A DNA stretch of 64,000 nt. Origin: Alphaproteobacteria bacterium. GTDB lineage: Bacteria; Pseudomonadota; Alphaproteobacteria; Micavibrionales; Micavibrionaceae. The position numbers and the translations under genes were made by a program. Of the stretch, positions 18,099 through 27,899 are shown piece after piece. The stretch is taken from NCBI GenBank assembly GCA_002401965.1, contig NVUR01000001.1, positions 87,871-151,870 on the forward strand, written 5' to 3'. The first letter of the stretch is position 1, and each line of letters begins with the position of its first letter. A model generated the notes under the pieces. The model was not told the DNA's origin. It saw only the letters and a program-made list of their open reading frames with translations, and did not search any database.

Positions 18099-20771
18099 TT
18101 ATCTATTCCACCAACCCTTTTTCTTCTTTTTTGGTGCTTGATTAACCGTTTCATGCTGGCTTGCAACAGATGGCTCCTCATCCTTTTTCGACAAAGGTGC
18201 TTTTTTCTCTGCTTTAGCAACAGGTGCGACTTTCTTCTCCGCTACCGCTGGAGCAGGCGCATCTTCCTTTTTCTTGGCTGGCGCACGTCGCTTACGCACT
18301 GGCTTTTTCGGCGCGTCATCCTGCGCGCTATCATCGTTCGCAGGAGAATCCTTCTCAGGCGCTTCCGCTTTATCATCAGACTTCGAAGGTTTTACACCTT
18401 CATCACCAGACGCGGCAACATCAGCAGAATTATCAACCTTCTTACGACGACCACCGCGACGCTTTGGCTTATCTTCTTTATCGCCCTCCGCTTTGTCAGC
18501 AGGTTTTTCATCCGAAGGTTTGGCACTATCCTGTGCTTTGTCCTGCACATTTTCATCTTGTGCGCTATCCTCTTGTTGATCCGCTTCATTACGAGTATTA
18601 CGATTACGGCCACCACGGCGACCACGACGACGACGGTTACCTTCGGCTTTATCATCAACACCGTCCGAAGTAACAACCTTCGTCTCGCCATCATCAGGCT
18701 TATCATCACCCTCCGCAGGTTTTGAAACCTCTACACGATAATCGGACGCCGCGATTTCATCATCGACACGCAACAAAATTTCCATATTATAACGCTCTTC
18801 TATTTGCGCCAACTTCTTACGTTTGAAGTTAAGAGTATAAAGCGCAACACTGCTCGACACTTGCACAATAACCTGCGCCGCGCGACCGCGTATGCCTTCT
18901 TCCTCAATCGCACGTAAGACGAGAATAGACATCGCATCATCTGTACGTACCAAGCCGATACCACTACAATTATGACATTGCTCGAACTGTGCTTCGATTA
19001 AACTAGGGCTTAATCTTTGGCGCGACAATTCCATCAAACCAAAAGAAGAAATGCGACCAACTTGAACACGCGCACGATCCGAAGACAAAGCTTCCTTCAT
19101 ACGGCGTTCAACCTTCGCATTATTACCGCGATGTTCCATATCGATAAAGTCGATCACAACCAAGCCACCCAAATCGCGCAACTTCAATTGACGCGCAACT
19201 TCTTCTGCTGCCTCTAAATTTGTTTTTAACGCCGTTTCTTCAATATGACGGCCCTTTGTCGACTTACCGGAGTTCACATCAACAGACACAAGTGCTTCCG
19301 TCGGGTTAATCACAAGATAACCACCGGATTTCAAACGAACCTCAGGCTGGCCAATCTCGTTAATCTGACTTTCAATTTGAAAACGATTAAACAAAGGCAA
19401 TTGCCCGCTCTTATAATGCTTAACCTTCTTAACATGCGAAGGAATCAACATGTTCATAAAATCTTTTGCTGTCTCGTATCCTGCCTCGCCGGCAACCTGA
19501 ACTTCATCAATATCACTCGTATAGAGATCGCGGACAGATCGTTTAATCAGATCAGCTTCCTCATACACAATCGCAGGCGCAGTTGATTCCAAAGTAAGCT
19601 CACGGATATTATTCCACAAACGCATCAAGTAATCCAAATCGCGCTTAATTTCATCCTTTGTACGTGTCACACCAGCGGTACGAACAATAACCGACATGCC
19701 CTTCGGCACATCAAGGCTTTTAACAATGTCCTTCATGCGCGCACGGTCTTTTTGATTTGCGATCTTGCGGCTAACACCACCCGCACGTGGGCTGTTTGGC
19801 ATCAAGACACAATAACGACCCGGCAAAGAAAGATACGAACCGACAGCCGCACCTTTATTCCCGCGCTCTTCTTTATTCACCTGAACCAGCATAATCTGAC
19901 CGCGTTTTACAACTTCTTGAATTTTGTACTTACGGCGCAAGTTAAAGCGGAAACGTTGAGAATCATCACTTTCCTCACCACCGACAACTTCAACATTGCG
20001 GTTGCGATATTGTGAGCGCTTATTCCCACGACCACGACCACCGCGTCCACGACCACGACCACCGCGATTATTATTTTTCTTGTTATTCTCGTCCTTATCT
20101 GCATTTTCCGCAGCATCAGCCGCGGCACTATCCTCCGCGTCCTCATCAACAGCAGGCAAAGCAACATTCCCATCCGCATCACCAGCAGTCTCAGGATCCA
20201 CATCTGCATCACTTGGCACAGCATCCTTAACATCCGATTCTTTCTTCGTATCCGCTTTTTCTGCCTTGGCATCAACCTTCTCAGCATCATCTTTTTTCGC
20301 TTTAGCAGGTTTTCTACCTTTTTTCTTCGGCTCAGCTTCTTTTTCAGCATCCACATCCGCACTAGTTTCATCACCAGAATCCTCAGACGTATTATCGTCC
20401 TCAGCGTCCGCACTTTCTACGTCTGCATCATCATTATCCGGGCTCTCGTCTTCAAGTGCTTCTTCTTCATCATGTTCTTGAAGCAAAGCCTCTTGCTCGG
20501 CCATTAAGGCATCGCGATCAGCAACCGGAATTTTAAAGTAATCAGGATGTATTTCTGAAAACGGTAAGAAACCATGACGATTTCCACCAAAACTAACGAA
20601 CGCCGCCTGTAAAGACGGTTCAACCCGTGTCACCTTCGCCAAAAAGATACTCCCCTTTAAAGGTTTGCGGCTTTGGCTCTCGTAATCATATTCTATAAGT
20701 TTATTTCCATCGGTAATCGCAACACGCGTTTCTTCTTTGTGTGTTGCATCGATAAGCATTTTCTTTGACAT
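18099..20771 (-). CDS. rne: Ribonuclease E
   Basis: MSKKMLIDATHKEETRVA start, S1 domain and catalytic core (VVIDFIDM, CHNCSGIG zinc link), with long acidic and Arg-rich inserts. The start was moved to the ATG at 20771, whereas the ORF track begins at 20807. Confidence 0.9.
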   Translation of the reverse strand: MSKKMLIDATHKEETRVAITDGNKLIEYDYESQSRKPLKGSIFLAKVTRVEPSLQAAFVSFGGNRHGFLPFSEIHPDYFKIPVADRDALMAEQEALLQEHDEEEALEDESPDNDDADVESADAEDDNTSEDSGDETSADVDAEKEAEPKKKGRKPAKAKKDDAEKVDAKAEKADTKKESDVKDAVPSDADVDPETAGDADGNVALPAVDEDAEDSAAADAAENADKDENNKKNNNRGGRGRGRGGRGRGNKRSQYRNRNVEVVGGEESDDSQRFRFNLRRKYKIQEVVKRGQIMLVQVNKEERGNKGAAVGSYLSLPGRYCVLMPNSPRAGGVSRKIANQKDRARMKDIVKSLDVPKGMSVIVRTAGVTRTKDEIKRDLDYLMRLWNNIRELTLESTAPAIVYEEADLIKRSVRDLYTSDIDEVQVAGEAGYETAKDFMNMLIPSHVKKVKHYKSGQLPLFNRFQIESQINEIGQPEVRLKSGGYLVINPTEALVSVDVNSGKSTKGRHIEETALKTNLEAAEEVARQLKLRDLGGLVVIDFIDMEHRGNNAKVERRMKEALSSDRARVQVGRISSFGLMELSRQRLSPSLIEAQFEQCHNCSGIGLVRTDDAMSILVLRAIEEEGIRGRAAQVIVQVSSSVALYTLNFKRKKLAQIEERYNMEILLRVDDEIAASDYRVEVSKPAEGDDKPDDGETKVVTSDGVDDKAEGNRRRRGRRGGRNRNTRNEADQQEDSAQDENVQDKAQDSAKPSDEKPADKAEGDKEDKPKRRGGRRKKVDNSADVAASGDEGVKPSKSDDKAEAPEKDSPANDDSAQDDAPKKPVRKRRAPAKKKEDAPAPAVAEKKVAPVAKAEKKAPLSKKDEEPSVASQHETVNQAPKKKKKGWWNR

Positions 20772-21127
20772 TGTATTCTCCATTCTCGCATACGGCAGCC
20801 TGCCCAATCATGTCAAAACAGACATAAAAGGAGCGGCGCAATTGCGCATAAATTAACTATTTAATGCTTGCAGCTCGACGGAACTTTTTAAACTTTACAA
20901 ACTAAACGTAAAGCCGCAGGCATATAAAACCTCTGACACTCTACACAGTTGTAATGAAATGCTCAATGCTAAAACGAGATTCTTATAAGAAAAGTTATAT
21001 GCTTAATCTTTACCAAGGGTGAAAACGTCCCAAAAACACATACACTCTATAAATACACAACGAATTGTATATTTATGAAATATTTCCGTAAATTGAATGA
21101 TACAGAGATAAGAAAACAACACGTATA
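20772..21127 (-). promoter_or_regulatory. Long (356 nt) promoter plus 5' leader region of rne
   Basis: The non-coding gap upstream of rne is unusually long. RNase E genes are known to carry long autoregulatory leaders. No specific structure was verified here. Confidence 0.3.
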
Positions 21128-22657
21128 TCAGTCTGAGTGGGCATTATTCGCAAATTTTGTATCGCCGCCAAGACTTGCATATTTCTGCTTAATCAAAAAA
21201 ATTTCTTGCTTAAAATTCTTCAATGATTTTCCAGCCAATTTTTCACCAACAGACGATTTTATGCTTTTCGGGTTAACCTGTTTACCGCCCTTTAGAACCT
21301 CAAAATGCAAATGTGGTCCTGTAGAGCGCCCCGTTGTTCCAACATATCCAATGATTTGCCCCTGCGTCACACGTTTCCCCGAAGACATTCCCTTGGCAAA
21401 TTTACGCATATGGGCATAAGCCGTTTTCAAGCCGTTACTATGACGGATACGAATATAGTTCCCATATCCCCCATGACGTCCAGCTTTCTCAATCGTACCA
21501 TTACCAGCCGCATAAATCGGCGTACCGCGAGGCGCAGCGAAATCAACGCCTTTATGCATTTTATTATACCCGAGAACTGGATGGTGGCGCATCCCGAAGC
21601 CCGATGACATCCGCGCGCCATCAATCGGTGTTTGCATCAAAATACGTTTCAGGCTTGTGCCGTTTTCACGGTAATAATCCACAACGCCCCCCTTAGACTC
21701 ATAACGATAAACCGGTATTTTCTTACCGCCCACCATCAAATTCGCGTAGAGCACATGACCATAGCGCGCAAAGTCACCCTCCTCGGTTTCATATGTCTCA
21801 TACAAAGCCTCAATCTGATCGCCACGACGAATATCACGTTGGAAATCCACATCATATGAGTATATTTTAATAATTTCCGCAACAATAGAGGCAGGAATAC
21901 CCGCGCGCGCAGCAGAACCATAAAGCGATGTTTCGATTTTCGCCTTGGCCGCTTTAGTGTGCAAAATAACCTGTTTTTTATCAAGAACCGCAACAAAACG
22001 CCCTTGCGTATCGCGTGCAATCACAATTTCCGTGGTTGCATTAATCTTCATACTTAAAGCCGCCAACTCCATACCGTTTGCAGAAGGCTCCATACGCAAG
22101 GAAATCGCCTGCCCCGGCTTTATGGAACGAGGATCATAATGCTTACCCATCGCCTTAACCACACGGTATGCCGCTGCACCACCGACACCGGCAACCTGCA
22201 ACGCACCACCAATTGTATCACCCGCACCGATTTCAATAACATCTTCACGCGCGACCATATCTTTAAGCTGAGCAGGCCCCATCACATCACCGCCCGCAAG
22301 ATTTCCTTCACTTTCTAATGCATATAACAAAGGCGCAACGGCTTTATCTGCATCATCTTGTTCAATATCCTGTATTATACCTTCTTCCAAATCAGCCTCG
22401 GCAGACACTGACGCCAATATAACATCAGATTTCGGTGAAGGCATATCCATACGCGCAAGTTCTGAACGAGCAGGCGCAAATGCAACGGATGAACTCATCG
22501 AGCCAAGAAAACTCGTCAAAGTCAAAGAGGTAATAGCAACCAAGCCCACAATATAACGCAAACGCAAACGATTAGATCTTGTAAAAAGGTCACGATGACG
22601 CAACCGAATAAAGCGGTAAGGGGCTATCCTTTGATTTAAAACAGACACTAAATGCAC
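21128..22657 (-). CDS. M23 family peptidoglycan metalloendopeptidase
   Basis: C-terminal HKGVDFAAPRGTPIYAAGNG...GYVGTTGRSTGPHLHFEV is the M23/LytM signature; an N-terminal TM anchor is present. Confidence 0.85.
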   Translation of the reverse strand: MHLVSVLNQRIAPYRFIRLRHRDLFTRSNRLRLRYIVGLVAITSLTLTSFLGSMSSSVAFAPARSELARMDMPSPKSDVILASVSAEADLEEGIIQDIEQDDADKAVAPLLYALESEGNLAGGDVMGPAQLKDMVAREDVIEIGAGDTIGGALQVAGVGGAAAYRVVKAMGKHYDPRSIKPGQAISLRMEPSANGMELAALSMKINATTEIVIARDTQGRFVAVLDKKQVILHTKAAKAKIETSLYGSAARAGIPASIVAEIIKIYSYDVDFQRDIRRGDQIEALYETYETEEGDFARYGHVLYANLMVGGKKIPVYRYESKGGVVDYYRENGTSLKRILMQTPIDGARMSSGFGMRHHPVLGYNKMHKGVDFAAPRGTPIYAAGNGTIEKAGRHGGYGNYIRIRHSNGLKTAYAHMRKFAKGMSSGKRVTQGQIIGYVGTTGRSTGPHLHFEVLKGGKQVNPKSIKSSVGEKLAGKSLKNFKQEIFLIKQKYASLGGDTKFANNAHSD

Positions 22658-22937
22658 AAGTCTTACTCCAGCGTACCAGATAAAAGAATCAAATGGACGA
22701 CATTTCCACCACAGAAACCGCCATTATCTAGTCTATCTAACAAATATTTAGAATTAGTTATCATAGTGCTACATTTATTCCAAGCATTCTCGACAAAAAC
22801 CACTGTTTTTATAAAAAAACAGCAACTTACACCAGAAACCCTCGCCCTTCAGAGCATATCATACCAGATAAAAAACACAGTAAAAACTCAACCATCAGAA
22901 ACGATGATAAAATCTATACGCAGCAAGAAACGCTCGA

Positions 22938-23459
22938 TTAACGAACGCCACAGGCATTAGAAATCGCCTTATACGCCGCGCCAGAACCCTTCAGGCTGTA
23001 GGTATCCACAGTCAACGTCCCGCGCGATGACGTGCCCTGCACAATCATTTTAGAACCTGTTTGTATGGCCTTAGCCAATTTTGCATCCGCGCTGGCATCC
23101 GGTGCCCACGCTGTATCATCTTGTGTAAACAAAATATGGCGTTTTCCATCAATCGTAACCGTTGCATCACTGCCTGATTTATACGTATATCCGGTAATAT
23201 AGCTGAACACATCGTGTGTGTTTTCGGATGGACGATGCGTAATCAACGCAAAAATCTCACCACGATTTGTATATTTACCTTTTGTTTTAATGGGCTTACT
23301 CACCATATAGCATACCTTACTGCCACGTTCCGATAACGTGTAAGATGTCCAATCACCATACTTACCAACCTGCTTTGGCGTCGCCGCATGAGAAGAAGAA
23401 GCAATAAGCACCGTGGCACTTAATGTTAAAAGGGAAAATACGAAAAATTTTCTAAACAT
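22938..23459 (-). CDS. Invasion-associated locus B (IalB) family periplasmic protein
   Basis: Signal peptide MFRKFFVFSLLTLSATVLIASSSHA, then GKYGDWTSYTL...KVCYMVSKP and a C-terminal Cys, which is the IalB-like pattern. The start was set at the internal ATG at 23459. Confidence 0.6.
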   Translation of the reverse strand: MFRKFFVFSLLTLSATVLIASSSHAATPKQVGKYGDWTSYTLSERGSKVCYMVSKPIKTKGKYTNRGEIFALITHRPSENTHDVFSYITGYTYKSGSDATVTIDGKRHILFTQDDTAWAPDASADAKLAKAIQTGSKMIVQGTSSRGTLTVDTYSLKGSGAAYKAISNACGVR

Positions 23460-23579
23460 AATTACAATCCAACTGTAAGACTTAAATAGAGCATGCACAT
23501 GGCATAATCTTATCGAAAGCCTTCGGTCAGGCATAACCGAAAATGCACATCAACCCGTTTCATCCACAAAACTATAACA

Positions 23580-24296
23580 TTATTTTTCACGATTCATCTG
23601 CGGCGCGATAAAACGCAGGATATAAATACCCACCATCGCCACCGCCATCGCAAACCAGAAAAACGCATATTGCGCGTGGTTATTATTGGGGTTAATCCGC
23701 GTGGCCGCTGCGATAGGATACATTTTCTCGTCCGCACCTTCGGTTTCAACATAGAATATATTAGACGCAACCCCCTTAAGCCCCCGCACCACCGCAATTT
23801 GTTCAAGATCAATGCGATACCACATAGATTGCGCTGGTACATTCTCTGGCACAAACGAACTCACACGCGGAACAGAACGCAACATACCTGTAATTTTCAG
23901 AACACCATCAGGCTTACGCGCCTTATCATCCCCCAAGACATCCCAATCAAAAGGCACCCAACCACGATTAACCAGAATAATGATGTCTTGCGCGCCAGAT
24001 AAATACAGAGGTGTCAAAACATGATACCCAACCTCTCCATCATGCATACGCGGCTGGAGCAGCACCGTCTTATCATGCATATACGTGCCAACAATATGCC
24101 CGCGTTTAAAATCTATCTCTTCTGATAACATCGCCTGCGATAATAAATTCTCAGACGCATCAACAGCATACTCCGCCTCAATCGCATCAAGAATATCGCT
24201 CTTCCATTGCAAACGCTGCACTTGCCACGTGCCCAGCGTACACAAGATCGCAACACCAATAATCGTCAGGACTGTGCCCCAAAATGGTAATTTCAT
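23580..24296 (-). CDS. SURF1 family cytochrome oxidase assembly protein
   Basis: Two terminal TM helices, a GTWQVQRLQWK motif and a YAFFWFAMA C-terminus. It is in the conserved position after ctaE-DUF983. Confidence 0.85.
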   Translation of the reverse strand: MKLPFWGTVLTIIGVAILCTLGTWQVQRLQWKSDILDAIEAEYAVDASENLLSQAMLSEEIDFKRGHIVGTYMHDKTVLLQPRMHDGEVGYHVLTPLYLSGAQDIIILVNRGWVPFDWDVLGDDKARKPDGVLKITGMLRSVPRVSSFVPENVPAQSMWYRIDLEQIAVVRGLKGVASNIFYVETEGADEKMYPIAAATRINPNNNHAQYAFFWFAMAVAMVGIYILRFIAPQMNREK

Positions 24297-24649
24297 TCCC
24301 AGTCCCCCGGTCTATGTTTAAATTGCAGGGCGATGATAAAGGATTTAAGCGGCTTTAACGTACCGATCGTGACGCTCAACGCAACCACCGTCCACAAAAC
24401 CCCATGCACCCACAAAGGCGGTGACACGTAAGCATCAAACAATAGAGCAAGCGGCACAAGGGAAAAGCCCAATACAAAAATAAGGAATACCGCAGGACCA
24501 TCCGCACTGTCATTTTTCGTAAAATCCAAGTCACATACCGCACATTTATCGTTTAATTCAATTGTGTAACCTTCCCCGTAAAGCGCACCGTCATGACAAC
24601 GCGGACATTTACAGGCAAGGGCTTGTTTAAACGTATCAAAATTAGACAC
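24293..24649 (-). CDS. DUF983 zinc-ribbon membrane protein
   Basis: CPRC...CAVC zinc ribbon plus two TM helices. It overlaps the SURF1 start by 4 nt, which is the typical alphaproteobacterial cta neighbourhood. Confidence 0.8.
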   Translation of the reverse strand: MSNFDTFKQALACKCPRCHDGALYGEGYTIELNDKCAVCDLDFTKNDSADGPAVFLIFVLGFSLVPLALLFDAYVSPPLWVHGVLWTVVALSVTIGTLKPLKSFIIALQFKHRPGDWE

Positions 24650-24658
24650 AACGCAAAC

Positions 24659-25546
24659 CTACGGCGCAGGCGGTGTTAAATCCATACCAAAGTTTGTGCC
24701 CCAGAAATAAATCGCAAGGAACAAGAACAACCACACAACATCAACAAAATGCCAATACCACGCCGCCGCTTCAAATCCGAAATGACCTTTGGCTGTAAAA
24801 TGCTTCTTTTTCGCGCGCGCCCAACAGACAAACAAGAAAACCGTTCCAACAAACACATGGAAACCATGAAAACCCGTCGCCATAAAGAAGGTCGAGGCAT
24901 AAATACCATCCGTAAATGCAAAGTGAGAATTCGCATATTCGTAGACCTGAAAACCAAGGAAAAATGTACCAAGGAAGACCGACATCGCCAACGCCTTTAT
25001 CATTTGATCATTCTTGCCCTCTAAAATCGCATGATGCGCCCAAGTGACCGTACACCCCGATAACAACAAAATCATTGTCATCATCAACGGTAAATCAAAG
25101 GGATCAATCGTATGGATGCCTTCTGGCGGCCAAACAAAGCCTATTTGCTCTGTCGGGAAGAAAGCCGCATTAAAATACGCCCAGAAAAAGGCCACAAAGA
25201 ACATCACCTCTGATGCAATAAACAAAGACATACCATAACGAAAACCAACAAGCGCAATTGGTGTATGTGCCTTTTCAACAACAGATTCATGAATAATGTC
25301 TTTCCACCATCCAAACATCACACCTAAAATCGCAAGAACACCCGCATACACACCGTTTAAACCAACCGCAATGCCCGCATTTCCATTCGCAGGATCCGCA
25401 AATAAATGAACATCATGCATATACATCACCATGCCAACGGCAAACAACCCGCCTGCACACGCAGACGCCAAAGGCCAGATGCTGGGTTCGACTATATGGT
25501 ATGGATGCGGTTTGCCAGTTGTTGTGTATTCTATATTTTCAGCCAT
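24659..25546 (-). CDS. ctaE: Cytochrome c oxidase subunit III
   Basis: HPYHIVEPSIWP N-terminus and a seven-TM pattern, with GFHGFHV and AAAWYWHFVDVVWLFLF motifs. Confidence 0.95.
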   Translation of the reverse strand: MAENIEYTTTGKPHPYHIVEPSIWPLASACAGGLFAVGMVMYMHDVHLFADPANGNAGIAVGLNGVYAGVLAILGVMFGWWKDIIHESVVEKAHTPIALVGFRYGMSLFIASEVMFFVAFFWAYFNAAFFPTEQIGFVWPPEGIHTIDPFDLPLMMTMILLLSGCTVTWAHHAILEGKNDQMIKALAMSVFLGTFFLGFQVYEYANSHFAFTDGIYASTFFMATGFHGFHVFVGTVFLFVCWARAKKKHFTAKGHFGFEAAAWYWHFVDVVWLFLFLAIYFWGTNFGMDLTPPAP

Positions 25547-25672
25547 AATATAACTTTTTGTTGCAGGAAAAATAACGGTTTATATATATTCATCTTTACA
25601 GAAAAGATACAACAGTATTACGTAGAATCTAACGTTTTTCAAGATGTGTAATACAACAGAGTTAAAAAGGGG

Positions 25673-26308
25673 CTATTCAGCCTCATAAAATGCGTCCAAG
25701 GCTTGCTCCAAACCATCTGAATCTGTCTTGAAAAAGCTATAAGACAGCGTAATGGTTGTCACATCATCCATATTGCGATCATCATGTAATTTCGGGTCAA
25801 CGTAGAATAATACAGGCATATTCACCTTTTGGTTTGGCTGCAAGATTTGCTCATCAAAGCAAAAACACTGTATCTTGTGAAAATACTTCCCCGCCTTAAG
25901 CGGCGTCACATTGAATGTCGCCGTTCCTGCTGTTGGTGTTTGTGCGCGGTTCACGGCAATAAAGTTCGCAAAGCCACGCTCCCCCAATTTCACCTTAATC
26001 GATATTTTTTCAGGCCGGAAATTCCACGGCAAATCGCGCGCCGTATTTCCATCAAAGCGCACCGTAATATCGCGATCAATAATTTCATCTGGGGAAGGCA
26101 GAACCTCTGACACTTGCGTTGTACCACCCCACCCTGTTACACGGCAAAACACGCTATATAAAGGCACAGACGCAAAAGACAGCCCCACCATCGCGCACAC
26201 CACCAACAACACAGTTGACAACATCCGCGCATTTTTTTGCGCCAGATCCGCCTGCGCGCCGCTCATATCTTGAGAGGGCTTTGATTGTTTGGTATCTGCT
26301 TCACTCAT
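25673..26308 (-). CDS. ctaG: Cytochrome c oxidase copper-assembly protein CtaG/Cox11
   Basis: PLYSVFCRVTGWGGT and KIQCFCFDEQ motifs. Confidence 0.9.
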   Translation of the reverse strand: MSEADTKQSKPSQDMSGAQADLAQKNARMLSTVLLVVCAMVGLSFASVPLYSVFCRVTGWGGTTQVSEVLPSPDEIIDRDITVRFDGNTARDLPWNFRPEKISIKVKLGERGFANFIAVNRAQTPTAGTATFNVTPLKAGKYFHKIQCFCFDEQILQPNQKVNMPVLFYVDPKLHDDRNMDDVTTITLSYSFFKTDSDGLEQALDAFYEAE

Positions 26309-26350
26309 AGGGAAAACTTATACGCCTTTCCCGAAAGAAATAATACCCGC

Positions 26351-26379
26351 ATAAAAAACAGCCCATTCAACACGGGCTG
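26351..26379 (-). terminator. Rho-independent terminator after the acidic secreted protein gene
   Basis: CAGCCC-N9-GGGCTG hairpin (26359..26379) preceded on the plus strand by an A7 run at 26352..26358, which is a U-tail on the minus strand. Confidence 0.55.
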
Positions 26380-26410
26380 CACATATTTTTATCTATCATT
26401 GAGTACAGGC

Positions 26411-27052
26411 TTACAAATCAGCTGGATCAAATTCAGGTGCATCATCAGGCATCACAACCTTCTTCTTTGCTGCGCCTTCTTCATCGCTGTCAGATGGTAT
26501 TGGTTTTTCTATCAAACCTGGTGCTTCTTCGTCTTGCGCGTCATCATCCGCAGAGGCAACCTCTTCCTCATCCATCGGCATATCATCGGACTTTTTCGCC
26601 TCATCAGATGCATTCACAGAAATCGTCACCTTATCTTCCTCGGCGTCTTCATCCTTTTCCATCGCGGCATCCCTAACATCGGCTTGATATGCCACAGTCT
26701 CTGCCGCATAAACCTTCGTTACAGTATCACGATATCCCTCAAGTGCCTCTACGCGTGGGGCTCCGAAATTTTCACGGCGCACATCCAAAGACGCACGTAA
26801 TTCCTTCGCACTCTCTCTAAAGGAAACTTGACGACCATATATATCATAGAACCCTTGCGATTGCGTAGGAACAGCCCCCGACACAACATCATGCGCCGTC
26901 GGCAAACCATCAATAAGGTTACGTGCCTCTTCTAAAGTCAATACCTCTGCCTCTGATTTTTTATCATCAGACACATCTTCCGCATATGAAAAAGAAAGAG
27001 GAAACGCAGCAAACGCCACAAAAAGAAAAGCAACACGAGTATAAAATTTCAT
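26411..27052 (-). CDS. Secreted, highly acidic hypothetical protein (213 aa)
   Basis: Signal peptide MKFYTRVAFLFVAFAAFPLSFSYA. The C-terminal half is a D/E-rich low-complexity region. The start was set at the internal ATG at 27052. Confidence 0.6.
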   Translation of the reverse strand: MKFYTRVAFLFVAFAAFPLSFSYAEDVSDDKKSEAEVLTLEEARNLIDGLPTAHDVVSGAVPTQSQGFYDIYGRQVSFRESAKELRASLDVRRENFGAPRVEALEGYRDTVTKVYAAETVAYQADVRDAAMEKDEDAEEDKVTISVNASDEAKKSDDMPMDEEEVASADDDAQDEEAPGLIEKPIPSDSDEEGAAKKKVVMPDDAPEFDPADL

Positions 27053-27107
27053 CGAAAAACTCCGAAAGTAATAAAACAACTTATACACAGTACAGTATAT
27101 TTTCAAT

Positions 27108-27896
27108 TTAATCAAAGCGTTCTATAGGATTTGGCGCAAAAGATTGCACTGTTGGCATAATTTCCATGCGATTCACGTTGAAATAAGGGGGTAAAGTCGC
27201 GCTCCACACGATGGCTTCGGCGATATCCTCCGCATTCATATTATTCGTATTCGCATAAACCGCATCCGCGCGCACATCATCGCCCTTAAAACGTACTTTA
27301 GAAAACTGGGTCTCGATTGCGCCAGGCTCAATATTGGTTACACGCACATTCGTACCTTGCAAATCCCCGCGCAAAGACAAAGAAAACTGCTTCACGAACG
27401 CCTTGGTCGCACAATAAACATTCCCGCCCGGATACGGATAATTCCCCGCAGTTGAGCCTATATTAATGATATGACCGCACTTACGCTCTGCCATACCGCC
27501 AATAACCAAGCGCGTCATACGTACCAATGCCATATTATTAACCGCAATCATGGTTTCCCAATCCTCAAGATCACACTCCTGTGCAGGCTCAAGCCCCAAT
27601 GCAAGACCGGCATTGTTAATCAGCAAATCAATATCTTGAAATTCGGCAGGAATACCGTCAAGCGCCGCGACCATCGCCGCCTTATCTTGTATATCAAACG
27701 CGCACTCATGCGTTTTGACCTTATACTGCCCGCGCAAATCATCTGATAAATCGCTCAATTTTTCCGCATTACGCCCAACCAGAACCAGTTTAGACCCCAG
27801 TGCCGCAAAACGATGTGCGAATGCCTTACCGAAATCACCCGTCGCACCGGTAATCAGAACAATATTTGGAATATGGGCATAGCGTTTTTCGTACAT
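27108..27896 (-). CDS. Short-chain dehydrogenase/reductase, YdfG-like NADP-dependent 3-hydroxy acid dehydrogenase
   Basis: ITGATGDFG cofactor motif, NNAG, and the catalytic YCATK. Confidence 0.85.
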   Translation of the reverse strand: MYEKRYAHIPNIVLITGATGDFGKAFAHRFAALGSKLVLVGRNAEKLSDLSDDLRGQYKVKTHECAFDIQDKAAMVAALDGIPAEFQDIDLLINNAGLALGLEPAQECDLEDWETMIAVNNMALVRMTRLVIGGMAERKCGHIINIGSTAGNYPYPGGNVYCATKAFVKQFSLSLRGDLQGTNVRVTNIEPGAIETQFSKVRFKGDDVRADAVYANTNNMNAEDIAEAIVWSATLPPYFNVNRMEIMPTVQSFAPNPIERFD

Positions 27897-27899
27897 GAT

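Noticed and set aside
18138-20481. Long plus-strand ORFs (for example 18138..18725, 18274..18579, 19996..20481) and a second-frame minus-strand ORF (19907..20413) inside rne.
   Set aside because: They are mirror or shadow frames of the low-complexity acidic and Arg-rich RNase E inserts (repetitive GAN/CGN codons keep several frames open). Their composition is Ser/Arg/Leu/Phe junk.
22652-22960. A listed 102-aa plus-strand ORF in the M23 peptidase / IalB spacer.
   Set aside because: It has no recognisable motif or RBS and a low-complexity Ser/Lys/Thr composition. It overlaps the starts or ends of both well-supported neighbours, and the spacer more plausibly holds the AT-rich palindrome CTGTTTTT-ataa-AAAAACAG (22803..22822) and the peptidase promoter.
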